DNA from: Eledone cirrhosa
Taxonomy: Eukaryota
Direction: 5' to 3'
Assembly: GCA_964016885.1 (NCBI GenBank)
Contig: OZ024746.1
Span: 30,628,001-30,692,000, forward strand
Length of the DNA: 64,000 nucleotides
A program made the translations under genes and the position numbers. The notes under the pieces were generated by a model, which was given only the letters and a program-made list of their open reading frames with translations, did no database searches and was not told the DNA's origin. Shown here piece after piece: positions 54,801 through 64,000 of this stretch (positions are counted from its first letter, which is position 1; the number at the start of each line of letters is the position of its first letter).

Positions 54801-57800
54801 GATATTGTCGGGGAGAAGTGTGTACTTAACGATGACGGCGTACTTGCCATCACCGACGCCGATAAGAAGGTAGCTTGGAAGTGTCACTATGAAAGGCTAC
54901 TAAATGAGGAGAATAAATGGGAGAAAGACAGTCTCCCCCACATCGACCCAATAGAGGGACCAGCAGTGTTAGTCGAGGGTAGTATAATAAGTAAGGCAAT
55001 CAAAGATATGAAGACAGGCAAGGCGGCTGGGCCTTCGGAAATAGTTGCCGAGATGCTGAAGGCATCTGGTACGGTGGGACACACCATGGTCACCCGGATA
55101 GTCAACCAAGTCATACAGAATGGGGTTGTTCCGAAGGACTGGCGTAGCAGCATCATCGTTAACTGTTATAAGGGTAAAGGAGATGCCCTAGATAGGAGTA
55201 ACTATAGAGGCATTAAATTAATCGACCAGGTCATGAAGGTCATGGAAAAAGTAATAGCGCAACTAATCAGAGAGCGAATTGATCTAGATGAAATGCAGTT
55301 CGGGTTTGTGTCAGGAAAAAGTACCACAGACGCTCTTTTCATTGTACGACAACTACAGGAGAAGTACCTAGCTAAAAGTAAACCCCTATACTTAGCTTTC
55401 GTCGACTTGGAGAAGGCCTTCGACAGGGTCCCCCGTTCCATTATCTGGTGGGCTCTTAGAAAACTAGGTGTTGATGAATGGCTTGTGAGAGCTATACAAG
55501 CCATGTATAAAGAAACAGTCAGCAAGGTTAGAATTAACAACGAATATAGTGAAGAGTTTAGTGTAAAAGTTGGTGTTCATCAGGGCTCTGTTCTTAGCCC
55601 CCTACTATTTATTATTGCCCTCCAGGCTATAACAGTGGAGTTCAAGACCGGCTGCCCATGGGAACTCCTATACGCAGATGATCTAACGCTCATAGCTGAA
55701 TCAATGGCCGAGCTAGAGAAGAAATTCCAAACATGGAAGCACGGCCTAGAATCAAAAGGCCTTAAAATTAACCTGGCTAAGACTAAAGTTCTAGTTTGTA
55801 AGAAAGAAAATAAGGCGGCGGTCCCCTCCGGGAAGTGGCCATGCGCAGAGTGTAGGAAAGGCGTAGGTAGAAACTCCATTTTGTGTCCCAAATGCAAAGT
55901 TTGGGTGCATAAAAGATGTAGTGGGATCACAGGTAAGCTCACTAAGAACATAGATTTTACATGTGGCCAGTGTTCTGGGGCAATAAGTAGCAGCAAGTGC
56001 CCACAAAATACTAGCTCTTTCAACTGCGCAGAGGGTTCTATAGAAATAGTGGACAGCTTCCGTTACCTGGGTGACAAAATCAGCAGTGGGGAGGGTGCTC
56101 TGAAAGTACAGTAGCTAGAGTCAGAACTGGGTGGAAAAAGTTCAGAGAGCTTATACCACTATTAGCCGCTAAAGGGTTCTCCCTAAAAATGAAAGGCAGG
56201 TTGTACGATGCCTGCATACGAACAGCAATGTTGCATGGCAGTGAGACCTGGGCATTGTGTGCAGAAGATATACGCAGACTAGAGAGAAACGAAGCTTGCA
56301 TGCTCCGCTGGATGTGTAATAGTAATATACGTGAACGACAAAGCATAAACGAACTAAGGAAAAAATTAGAAATAAGAGGGATCAGATGTTGTCTACTCGA
56401 GAGAAGGCTACGTTGGTATGGTCACGTAATGCGCATGAAGGACGATAGCTGTATAACAAAGTGCAGGGCAATAAAGATAGACGGTAGCCACAGAATAGGC
56501 AGACCCAGAAAAACCTGGGACGAGCTGATAAACTCCGACCTCACACACTTACACCTCACCAAGACAATGTCACTGGACCGAGACCTTTGGCGGTACTCAG
56601 TAATAGAGAAGACCCGCCTTACCTATATACAAAGTAAAACCTACTACAGTCAGTAGGCATCTCTAACAAAATACACCCCCGTCTCACCACCCCCACCCCA
56701 TCCACACCGCCCCCTTCTATGTAAAGTTATGTTGGTGCCACACCATCCAGGCCGAAACAAATGAGATCGTGTAGGTGTCACGACAAAAAAACACAATCCA
56801 CGCTGTAATGTGGCCGTGTAGGTAACACGGTAAAAACCTCCCAGACCCACACTGTAAATGTGGTTGGTGTTAGGAAGGGCATCCAACTGTAGAAAACCTG
56901 CCAGACAGTCCTATGCGAGCAAGACAATCACTCTTGCCTCAAGTGGGAAAACCCCCGTCCAAACCCATGCAAGCGTGGAACACAGACGTTAAACGTTGAT
57001 GATGATGATATATATATATATATATATATGTGAAGGCGTGTAGCTGAGTGGTTACAGAATTGGATTCACAATGTTGAGGTTGTGAGTTCGATTCCTGGAT
57101 GCATTATGTCCTTGAGCAAGACACTTTATTTCACGTTGCTCCTTCTACCTGGAGTTGCGACCGATAGATAGTACTAGCAACCGGAAAGACCAACGGAAAC
57201 ATTGTTTCCTCGGTCCGATTTGACGAAAGTCGATTGACTAAAGATATATATATATATATAGCACTGTTCTATATATATAAAAGAGGCATAAATAAATCAA
57301 AATAAAATGATCTCAACATGAAAATTAGATGCAAAAAATATATTCTAGAGTGTACTCATACGATATTGTTACAGAAATAACAATAAATAATTTTTGTAAT
57401 ACATAAGACAAGGTAGAAAATAATCAGAAGATAAAGTTATTACTTGTATTACTAATTATATATATATAAAGTGAAAAATAGAGAAAATAAAAAGGGGAGA
57501 CTTACATGTTACTCCATCTGGATCAACAGTATCCAAGTTAGCAATTGGATAAACAGAGCATGTGATATTGCTGTAACGCCATAATTCCTGAAACATAAAC
57601 ATCAAAGATAAGATCTTACATTGGTTCCATATTGACCACATTTTTAGCACTTTTAACATCAGTTTACCATTACAAATATCTGTTTTTTATGAAATAATTT
57701 TTGGGGGTTTCTGCCACTGATCATTCTACTTTAGCTTTTTATTTCTTTTTTAATTTCTCGTTCTATTGTCTGATGAAGGACTAGTGTCCAAAACGTTAAG

Positions 57801-60800
57801 ACTCTTTTCATACTATATATATATGCATACATACCCATGACTTTGTAGGCCAGCTGTAGATCTGCATGGTTTATGACACAGGTGATAGAAGAGAGTTGTG
57901 CTTTCCACAAGACTGGTGGTATCACACTGTGGGACACAATCTTTATGTACTGCTATGTGTTTTTTTAGTCCGGAACTAGTTCTACACACTTTGTTGTATA
58001 TCACACATGGTGGCTGCCAACTCGTTTTCGAGTACGGCCACTACTTTATATCCATGTAGGAGAATTCCTACCGATGCGCTGAACAAGTGTGACTTTTTAG
58101 TCCAGCCAGCGACTCGAAAACTCTGGTACAAACACTACACTTGTGACAATTATTGACACATAGTGCTGGGCCCATGGTACCATGTGATGACAAGTGCAGA
58201 GAGATCTCCAGATATAAAGCAATGCCTGTGCCGTGAAGCTTTTATAGTGAGCAAAGCCACTGCACAAAGCCAGTCCCACTCTCTTAACCAAGATGATATT
58301 TTACCAAAAAGAAGAACAAGTCAACATCATTGGATACCATTAGGGTTGCAGGTGTTATATCAGAGTTATCCTTCTCCTAGAATTCTGCCTTGACAAAAGC
58401 TAAGGGGTCATCTCTCCCGGTGATTTTAGATGGCCATTGACTCTTAGGAGCTCCTTTGCCCTTTGACAGGTTTTGTTTTTAGTCCTGCAGGATGTCCAAA
58501 GTCACCCTCCTCACCAAGAAACCTTGGTGGGATTGCCAGTTTAGTCGCCAACGACCCGACCATGAGACAGGTTGTACTGGGATACATGTTACCAGTAGCA
58601 CCAACTGGTGACCTGACATATCACACATACATACATACATACATACATACATGATGATGATGGCTGCCGCCTCGTTATCGAGTATGGCCATTGCACAATA
58701 TACAATTATTAATAATTATTAATTAATTTTATCATGCAATGTCTGTGCATGAAGATATTTTTTAAAGTGAGGAAAGACTGTGCACTGAGCCAATCCCACT
58801 CTCTGAGCGACAGTAGCTATAACCCGAAAAGAAGAATAGATCCACATCATATTTACACACTTTTGGATGGCCGTTGACTCTTATATACATACATGCATAT
58901 ATACATACATGCATGCATATATACATACATACACACATACATGTACGCATACATAATACAGACACATACAAGCACATACATACACACACACCCATAAACA
59001 CCTACATACACACACTTGCAGACTATACATGCAATCATTTAATATTGTACTTACAATTGCACTTAATTCCAGCATAACATGAAATATTTCCGGCCGGCCC
59101 AGTCTACAGGCAAGGGCCAATGGTGTGAAGTTATAGATATTAGTTATTGTTGTGTCACCAGGAATGGTCATATGTTTCACAGCATATTTATAAAAGTCCT
59201 GAAAATATTAGACGAAGCATAGAATATTTAACCCATCAGCATTTAAACCGGCCATATCCAGTCAAAATTCTCTCATCTCTGTCTGTTCAAACTGGCCATA
59301 ACAGGTTGCTCATACTGATGTTAAGGTATTGTTCTTAAAATAAATAATATCAAAATCTCATAGATTCGATATTATGTGAGAAAATTATGTAAGATAAAGC
59401 CTTCACCACCACCACAACAACAACAACAGTAACAACAACAGCAACAGCAACAACAACTGCACCAACAGCAACAACAGTAACAACAACAGTAACAACAACA
59501 ACAGTAACAACAATACCAACAGCAACAACAGTAACAACAACACCAACAACAGTAACAACAACAACAATAACAACAACAGTAACAGCAACAACAACAGTAA
59601 CAACAACACCAACAGCAACATTAGTAACAACAACACCAACAGCAACAACACCAACAACAGTAACAACAACAACAATAACAACATCAGCAGCAATGCCAGT
59701 AACAACAGCAGCAGTAACAACAACAACAATAACAACATCAGCAATACCAGTAACAACAACAATAACAACAACACCAACAGCAATAACAGTAACACCAACA
59801 ACTACAACAGTAACAACACCAACAATAACAACAACACCAACAGCAACAACAGTAACAACAACACCAACAACAGTAACAACAACAACAATAACAACATCAG
59901 CAGCAATACCAGTAACAACAGCAACAGTAACAACAACAACAATAACAACAACAGCAACTAAAACAGTAACAACAACAACTAAAACAGTACAAATACAACA
60001 ACAGCAACAGCAACTAAAACAGTAACAACAACAACTAAAACAGTACAAATACAACAACAACAACAGCAACTAAAACAGTAACAACAACAACTAAAACAGT
60101 ACAAATACAACAACAGCAACAGCAACTAAAACAGTAACAACAACAACTACAACAGTACAAATACAACAACAGCAACAGCAACTAAAACAGTAACAACAAC
60201 AACTAAAACAGTACAAACACAACAACAGCAACAGCAACTAAAACAGTAACAACAACAACTACAACAGTACAAATACAACAACATCACCAACAACAACATA
60301 GGTAAGATTCTAGAGAATTCTCAATGTGGTACTTACCACTTTGTTAGTGACAACAACCATGTGAAGAACTGTGTTACCAAAACTGTCTTGAAAGTTTGGG
60401 TTGGCACCATAATTGATGAGATTGTCATAGATCTCATAATGTTCATGGCAGGCAGCAAATGCTATTGGGTACTCACCATAGTGGGCCAGACCTATAGGTA
60501 GAGAGAGAGAGGGGGTAGTGGATGAGATAGCGGAGAAGAAGGAGGAGAAGAAGGAGGAGGAGGAGGAGAAGGAGGAGAAGAAGAAGAAGAAGAAGGAGGA
60601 GGAGGAGGGGGGGGGGGAGGAGGAGGAGGAGGAGAAGGTGGCGGCGGTGGTGGTGGTGGTGGTGGTGGTGGTGGTGGTGGTGGTGGTGATGGAGGTATTG
60701 GTGGTGGTGTTAGTGGTGATGGTGGTGGTGGTGGTGGTGATTTGATGATGATGATGACAGTTGGTGGTGGTGGTGTTAGTGGTGATGGTGGTGGTGGTGG

Positions 60801-62776
60801 TGGCGATTTGATGATGATGATGATGATGACAGTGATGATAATGATGATGATGTTGGTGATGATGATGATGTTGGTGATGATGGTTAAAAATGAAACAAAT
60901 AAATGAACCTACATAGAGAAAAGGTAAAACATTACAAAATTACACAGGAATTGATTTAACTACCTTTAAAGTCCGTTTCTTTTTTGCGACGTCCTACCTG
61001 ATCAGCAGGTAAGAAAAATGTACCTGTAGCCCTCTGATTAGCATTTACATTCTTTGATATCAAATACCGAACAGATTTTAAGTCCCCATTTACAACAGAT
61101 ATATGTAAGGCACTTTCACCTGGGAAAAGAAAGAAAAAGAAAATCAACACATTTTGAATGAATTTCTATAAAATTAGGGGTTATGTCTCATTTGGACCCT
61201 TCTTCTTTACCCAGATGGACCCTTCTTCTTTATAGGATGGTTATGGGAACAGAGCTCCCAAACACTTTCCTGGGGTTTTTATCAGAAACAACTGCCTTCA
61301 AATGATGCCCATGTAAGACCAGTCGAGCTCATGAATGTTACCCAACCATCTTGCTTGGGGGTCAACCGCTGGGTCTCCTGCCAGTTGGCTTTGCTTGTAA
61401 AATGTATCCAGCAATTCTTTCAGTAGACATTCTGACCACATGCCCGTAATATTAGAGCTGTGATATCTCAATTTGAAGAAGTTCTACCTGGAGTGATTCT
61501 CTGATTACTGAGCTACATACTCTATCGAATAATGTAAGTTCAAACACCCTTAAGAGTAATCTCCATTTCAGTTGCTTCTTTTCATGATGAATTCTTTCAG
61601 TCATTAAGCAAGATTTTTTACTATAGTTAAAGGTTGGCACATACACTGAATTGAAGATAACAAGTTTGGCTTTTACATTCTCCTCCCTTCTACTGACAAC
61701 CAAGACACTGCCAAATGAAATGTTTGATCCAACATTAACCCTTTCACAGGCACATCAGACTTCTTTTGCCTAAACTCTACACACAGAGACCACATCACAG
61801 AGCAATCAAAAATGAGCACACACAATCAAACCATCACCATCAACTAACAACCAACATCTACAAAATCTCGCCTCACTACAAGCCAACAGAGCCATCTGAT
61901 CCTGTGACCCATCTAAGATCAGGTCATCATGTTCTGTAGTGAAAAATAAATAAAATAAAAACTGAATGACTCTGGCTAGATGTGCTTTAACCCTTTACCA
62001 TTTACATTACTCTATATATACTTATATTTTCATGGCAAAGGCTTTATCTCACATAATTATCTCATATAATATCGAATCTATGAGATTTTGAAAGTATTTA
62101 TTTTGAGAACAATACTATAACATCAGTTTGAGTGGCCTGTTACAACCAGTTTGAACAGAAAGAGGTAGAGATTTCTGGCCGGTTTTGGCCAGTTTGAACA
62201 TTAGCATTTACATTATTCTATATTTACTATTGTATTTTCACAGTAAAGGCTGAATCTCATAATTATCTCACATAGTATCAAATCTATAAGATTTTGATAT
62301 TTTTTTATTTTGAGAACAATACTTTATCATCAGTATGAGTGGCTAGTTACGGCTGGTTTGAACAGAAAGAAGTGAGAGAATTCTGGCCAGATATGGTCAG
62401 TTTAAATGCTTAAAGGGTTAAACCATAGATTGACTGAATCAGGAATGACCTCAGCCTAAACAACAACAACAAAGGACTAACAGAATCAACACTGAAGATA
62501 TTGGAATAATAAAAGATATTGAAAATTACCGAAGTATTCAGTTCCTTCATAGACATCTAGCACCATTTTAGGGTATATTTCAATCATGATATGTGCTATC
62601 TGTATGTGGGCAGGAGTATTTAGAAGAAAACATGTGTGTAAGGCCGTCTCTCCCATAGGGCCACGGTTTTTCAAGCTCCAACAAGCTTCATGTTCAGTAA
62701 ATTTCTGATATTTATCTTCATGGTATTCTGACAGAAGTTCTTCATCAGTTTTTAAGGGTGTTGCCTTATTGGTGTC
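41475..62776 (-). CDS. iav: TRPV-family cation channel (Inactive/OSM-9-like), spliced gene, 14 coding exons in window, probably 5'-incomplete
   Basis: Exons joined by hand at GT-AG sites with consistent phases (2556 nt = 851 aa + stop). Ankyrin repeats ([29 protein letters not shown]), [14 protein letters not shown], six hydrophobic segments, pore [10 protein letters not shown]6 [16 protein letters not shown] box EWKKQWAK and C-terminal [22 protein letters not shown] are typical of Iav/OSM-9. Orthology is not tested. Confidence 0.9.
42261..42600. repeat. 38-bp intronic minisatellite
   Basis: GTGTATAGTCTGGTTTACAATAGGGACACCATATACAT unit. Confidence 0.88.
42683..42758 (+). ncRNA. Type I hammerhead ribozyme motif (antisense to TRPV intron)
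   Basis: aacac-CTGATGA-AATcGCCTAAGTTT...AAACCTGGGCATTt-GAAA-TATGTA-TA-gtgtt. Confidence 0.7.
42927..42997 (+). ncRNA. Type I hammerhead ribozyme motif (antisense to TRPV intron)
   Basis: tattttat-CTGATGA-AAAcGCAAATGTCATC tcat GATGATATTTGTTTTt-GAAA-TGCACA-TA-ataaaata; 8-bp stem I. Confidence 0.75.
43097..43140 (+). ncRNA. Type I hammerhead motif, U3-A8 variant
   Basis: ttctactt-TTGAAAA-GCA taagaac TGC-GAAA-CCAG-TA-aaggaa. Confidence 0.55.
43452..43516 (-). ncRNA. Type I hammerhead ribozyme motif (sense to TRPV pre-mRNA)
   Basis: tattttgt-CTGATGA-AGGcATACCATA atttaa TGTGGTATcCCT-GAAA-TATGTA-TA-atgaaata. Confidence 0.72.
43957..44154 (-). CDS. iav: TRPV exon (TRP box and proximal C-terminus)
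   Basis: [27 protein letters not shown]...[25 protein letters not shown]; TACAG acceptor, GTGAGT donor. Confidence 0.92.
44494..44658 (+). mobile_element. tRNA-derived SINE (Deu/Nin-like family)
   Basis: B box, body and tail match the family. Confidence 0.78.
44917..45078 (-). CDS. iav: TRPV exon (S6, start of TRP box)
   Basis: [54 protein letters not shown]; ACAG acceptor, GTAAGG donor. Confidence 0.93.
45177..45770 (-). mobile_element. Non-autonomous RTE-like retroposon copy
   Basis: Reverse complement of 11462-12070. Confidence 0.75.
46873..47040 (+). mobile_element. tRNA-derived SINE (Deu/Nin-like family)
   Basis: B box, body and tail match the family. Confidence 0.75.
47113..47219 (-). 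CDS. iav: TRPV exon (pore helix and selectivity filter)
   Basis: [36 protein letters not shown]; TTTCAG acceptor, GTAAGT donor. Confidence 0.92.
47469..48320. repeat. 22-bp minisatellite
   Basis: GGTCAA(T/C)ATAGACAGATAGATT unit, more than 30 copies. Confidence 0.92.
48432..48541 (-). CDS. iav: TRPV exon (S4-S5 linker, S5)
   Basis: [36 protein letters not shown]; TTCAG acceptor, GTAAT donor. Confidence 0.92.
48783..48967 (+). mobile_element. tRNA-derived SINE (Deu/Nin-like family)
   Basis: A box TGGCAGTATCGG, B box GAGTTCAAATCC, full body. Confidence 0.82.
49416..49567 (-). CDS. iav: TRPV exon (S3-S4)
   Basis: [51 protein letters not shown]; TGTAG acceptor, GTAAGT donor. Confidence 0.9.
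49685..50485. repeat. 51-bp minisatellite, about 15 copies
   Basis: CACTAGACAAGG(T/C)AGTACTAGATATATGGTGTCATCTTTTAAAATAT... unit. Confidence 0.92.
50730..50837 (-). CDS. iav: TRPV exon (S2)
   Basis: [36 protein letters not shown]; TTCCAG acceptor, GTAAGT donor. Confidence 0.88.
51857..51970 (-). CDS. iav: TRPV exon (S1)
   Basis: [38 protein letters not shown]; TTTCAG acceptor, GTAAGT donor. Confidence 0.9.
52565..53065. repeat. Diverged tandem repeat (about 110 bp) of a SINE/RTE-tail fragment
   Basis: ACTTTACAGAGTGTACTGGGTGTATTATATCATAGCACCAGCACTAGAG recurs. Confidence 0.6.
53103..53218 (-). CDS. iav: TRPV exon (pre-S1)
   Basis: [39 protein letters not shown]; CCAG acceptor, GTGAGT donor. 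Confidence 0.92.
53330..53712 (-). mobile_element. Old LINE (RTE-like) fragment
   Basis: Linker motif [24 protein letters not shown]. Confidence 0.55.
53739..57009 (+). mobile_element. RTE-clade LINE, 5'-truncated, with (GAT)n tail, preceded by a 190-bp copy of its own 3' end
   Basis: APE ([22 protein letters not shown]), RT ([38 protein letters not shown]), [18 protein letters not shown]; antisense in a TRPV intron. Confidence 0.93.
53932..56656 (+). pseudogene. RTE endonuclease-reverse transcriptase ORF, disrupted by two frameshifts (near 54760 and 56095)
   Basis: Three consecutive ORF pieces (53918-54778, 54633-56114, 56189-56656) join into one APE-RT polyprotein. Confidence 0.88.
57035..57243 (+). 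mobile_element. tRNA-derived SINE (second family)
   Basis: A box TAGCTGAGTGG, B box GAGTTCGATTCC, TGTCCTTGAGCAAGACACTTTA core; relatives at about 4960-5165 and 21630-21843. Confidence 0.78.
57506..57587 (-). CDS. iav: TRPV exon (membrane-proximal linker)
   Basis: [27 protein letters not shown]; TTTCAG acceptor, GTAAGT donor. Confidence 0.92.
58005..58617 (-). mobile_element. Non-autonomous RTE-like retroposon copy
   Basis: Reverse complement of 11462-12070; an extra decayed 3' piece lies at about 57820-58000. Confidence 0.75.
59055..59198 (-). CDS. iav: TRPV exon (ankyrin)
   Basis: DFYKYAVKH...[26 protein letters not shown]; TTTCAG acceptor, GTAAGT donor. Confidence 0.92.
59405..60298. repeat. 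(CAA)-rich low-complexity tract with about 57-bp higher-order repeat
   Basis: Directly visible. Confidence 0.85.
60337..60491 (-). CDS. iav: TRPV exon (ankyrin)
   Basis: [52 protein letters not shown]; ATAG acceptor, GTAAGT donor. Confidence 0.92.
60964..61119 (-). CDS. iav: TRPV exon (ankyrin)
   Basis: [41 protein letters not shown]; CCAG acceptor, GT donor, 156 nt, phase 1-1. Confidence 0.9.
61330..61710 (-). mobile_element. Old RTE (Expander-like) C-terminal fragment
   Basis: [18 protein letters not shown]...[25 protein letters not shown] resembles RTE C-terminal sequence. Confidence 0.65.
61991..62417. mobile_element. piggyBac-type MITE with internal tandem duplication
   Basis: TTAA-CCCTTTA...TAAAGGG-TTAA; relatives at about 45983-46200 and 59227-59400. 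Confidence 0.7.
62530..62776 (-). CDS. iav: TRPV exon (first in window; ankyrin repeat)
   Basis: DTNKATP...[23 protein letters not shown]...YEGTEYF. Donor G|GTAAT is firm; the acceptor (AAG after a pyrimidine tract) is tentative. Confidence 0.8.
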
Positions 62777-62844
62777 CTTCATTAATGGAGAAAGGTTATA
62801 AGGAAGATATAAGACAATATTAACAACCTCTGGTTCCATGTCCT

Positions 62845-63830
62845 CACCACCTCCACTACAAACACCAGCACCAACACAATCACAATACCACCACAAACAG
62901 CAACACTACTATCACAAACACCCATACCACCACCAACAACAACAACACTACCACCAACAACAACACTACTACCACCACCACCACCACAAACATGATCACC
63001 ACCACCACCATCGCCATCACCACCAACACCACCAACACCATCACCATCACCATCACCATCACCATCACCATCACCACCAACATCACCATCACCACCAACA
63101 CCACCACTAACATCACCATCTCCATCACCACCACCACCACAATCACCATCACTACCAACACCACCACCAACACCATCACCACCATCACCATCACCATTAC
63201 ACCACACCATCACTACCACCACCACCATCACCATTACACCACCACCATCACCATCACCACCACCACCATCACCACCACACAACACCATTATCATTACCAC
63301 TTTCAACAACAACACCATCACCACCACCACCACCATCACCATCACCATTACACCACCACCATCACCACCACCACCACCACCATTACACCACCACCACCAC
63401 CACCACCACCACACAACACCATCATCATTACCACTTTCAACAACAACACCATCACCACCACCACCACCATCACCATCACCATTACACCACCACCACCATC
63501 ACCATCACCACCAACACCAACACTAACATCCACCATCTCCATCACCACCACCATCACCACCACCACAATCACCAACACCAACACCACCATCTCCATCACC
63601 ACCACCACCACACTCACCATCACCACCAACACTACCACCAACACCACCATCACCACCACCACCACCACACAACACCATCATCATTACCACTTTCAACAAC
63701 AACACCATCAACAACACCATCATCATCGTCATCGTCGTCATCGTCATTCTCATCCTCCTCCTCACCATGTCATCGACATCATCATCATCACCATTATCAT
63801 TGTCATTGTTATCATCATCATCACCATCAT
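62845..63830. repeat. (CAC/CAT)n trinucleotide low-complexity tract
   Basis: Directly visible. Confidence 0.9.
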
Positions 63831-63841
63831 TAATATATATA

Positions 63842-64000
63842 GGGCGGTGGATTGGCAGCATCGGTAGAGGGTCGGACACCATGCTTTTGCAGCAAAGAGT
63901 TACGGCCCTTTATAGTCTGAGTTCAAATCCTGCCGAGGTTAACTTTGCCTTTCATCCTTACGGGGTCGATAAAATAAAGTACCAGTAATACACTGGGATA
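63842..64000 (+). mobile_element. tRNA-derived SINE (Deu/Nin-like family), cut by window end
   Basis: A box TGGCAGCATCGG, B box GAGTTCAAATCC, conserved body. Confidence 0.8.

Noticed and set aside
59350-60069. Long Val/Leu/Thr-rich ORFs (also 62782-63882, 16556-17147, 35870-36340)
   Set aside because: Trinucleotide low-complexity tracts
62777-62896. N-terminal part of ORF 62486-62896 as TRPV start
   Set aside because: Runs from a GGT repeat through a pyrimidine tract and is more likely intron; an ATG just before 62776 cannot be fully excluded

Overview
AT-rich, microsatellite-laden eukaryotic (animal) DNA. The repeat landscape looks cephalopod/Octopus-like, but that is inference. The only host gene I can support is a TRPV-family channel (Inactive/OSM-9 type) on the minus strand: 14 GT-AG, phase-consistent coding exons from about 62776 down to the stop at 41475, giving 851 codons, with 5' exons probably beyond the window. 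The rest is transposon and repeat DNA: a frameshifted RTE LINE with an embedded PHD-like finger, a mariner relic with long TIRs, a Penelope-like GIY-YIG fragment between pLTRs, tRNA-derived SINEs, MITEs and many mini/microsatellites. The most notable hidden signal is a dense set of type I hammerhead-ribozyme (HHR) motifs found by eye: 11 with intact cores and about 7 decayed. Nearly all sit in short non-coding cassettes next to (TA)n tracts, often as inverted duplications and often with palindromic stem III. Three have the compensatory U3-A8 core, and four cluster in the last TRPV intron. This looks like a (TA)n-targeting Penelope/retrozyme-like system. No ribozyme activity or database match was tested.
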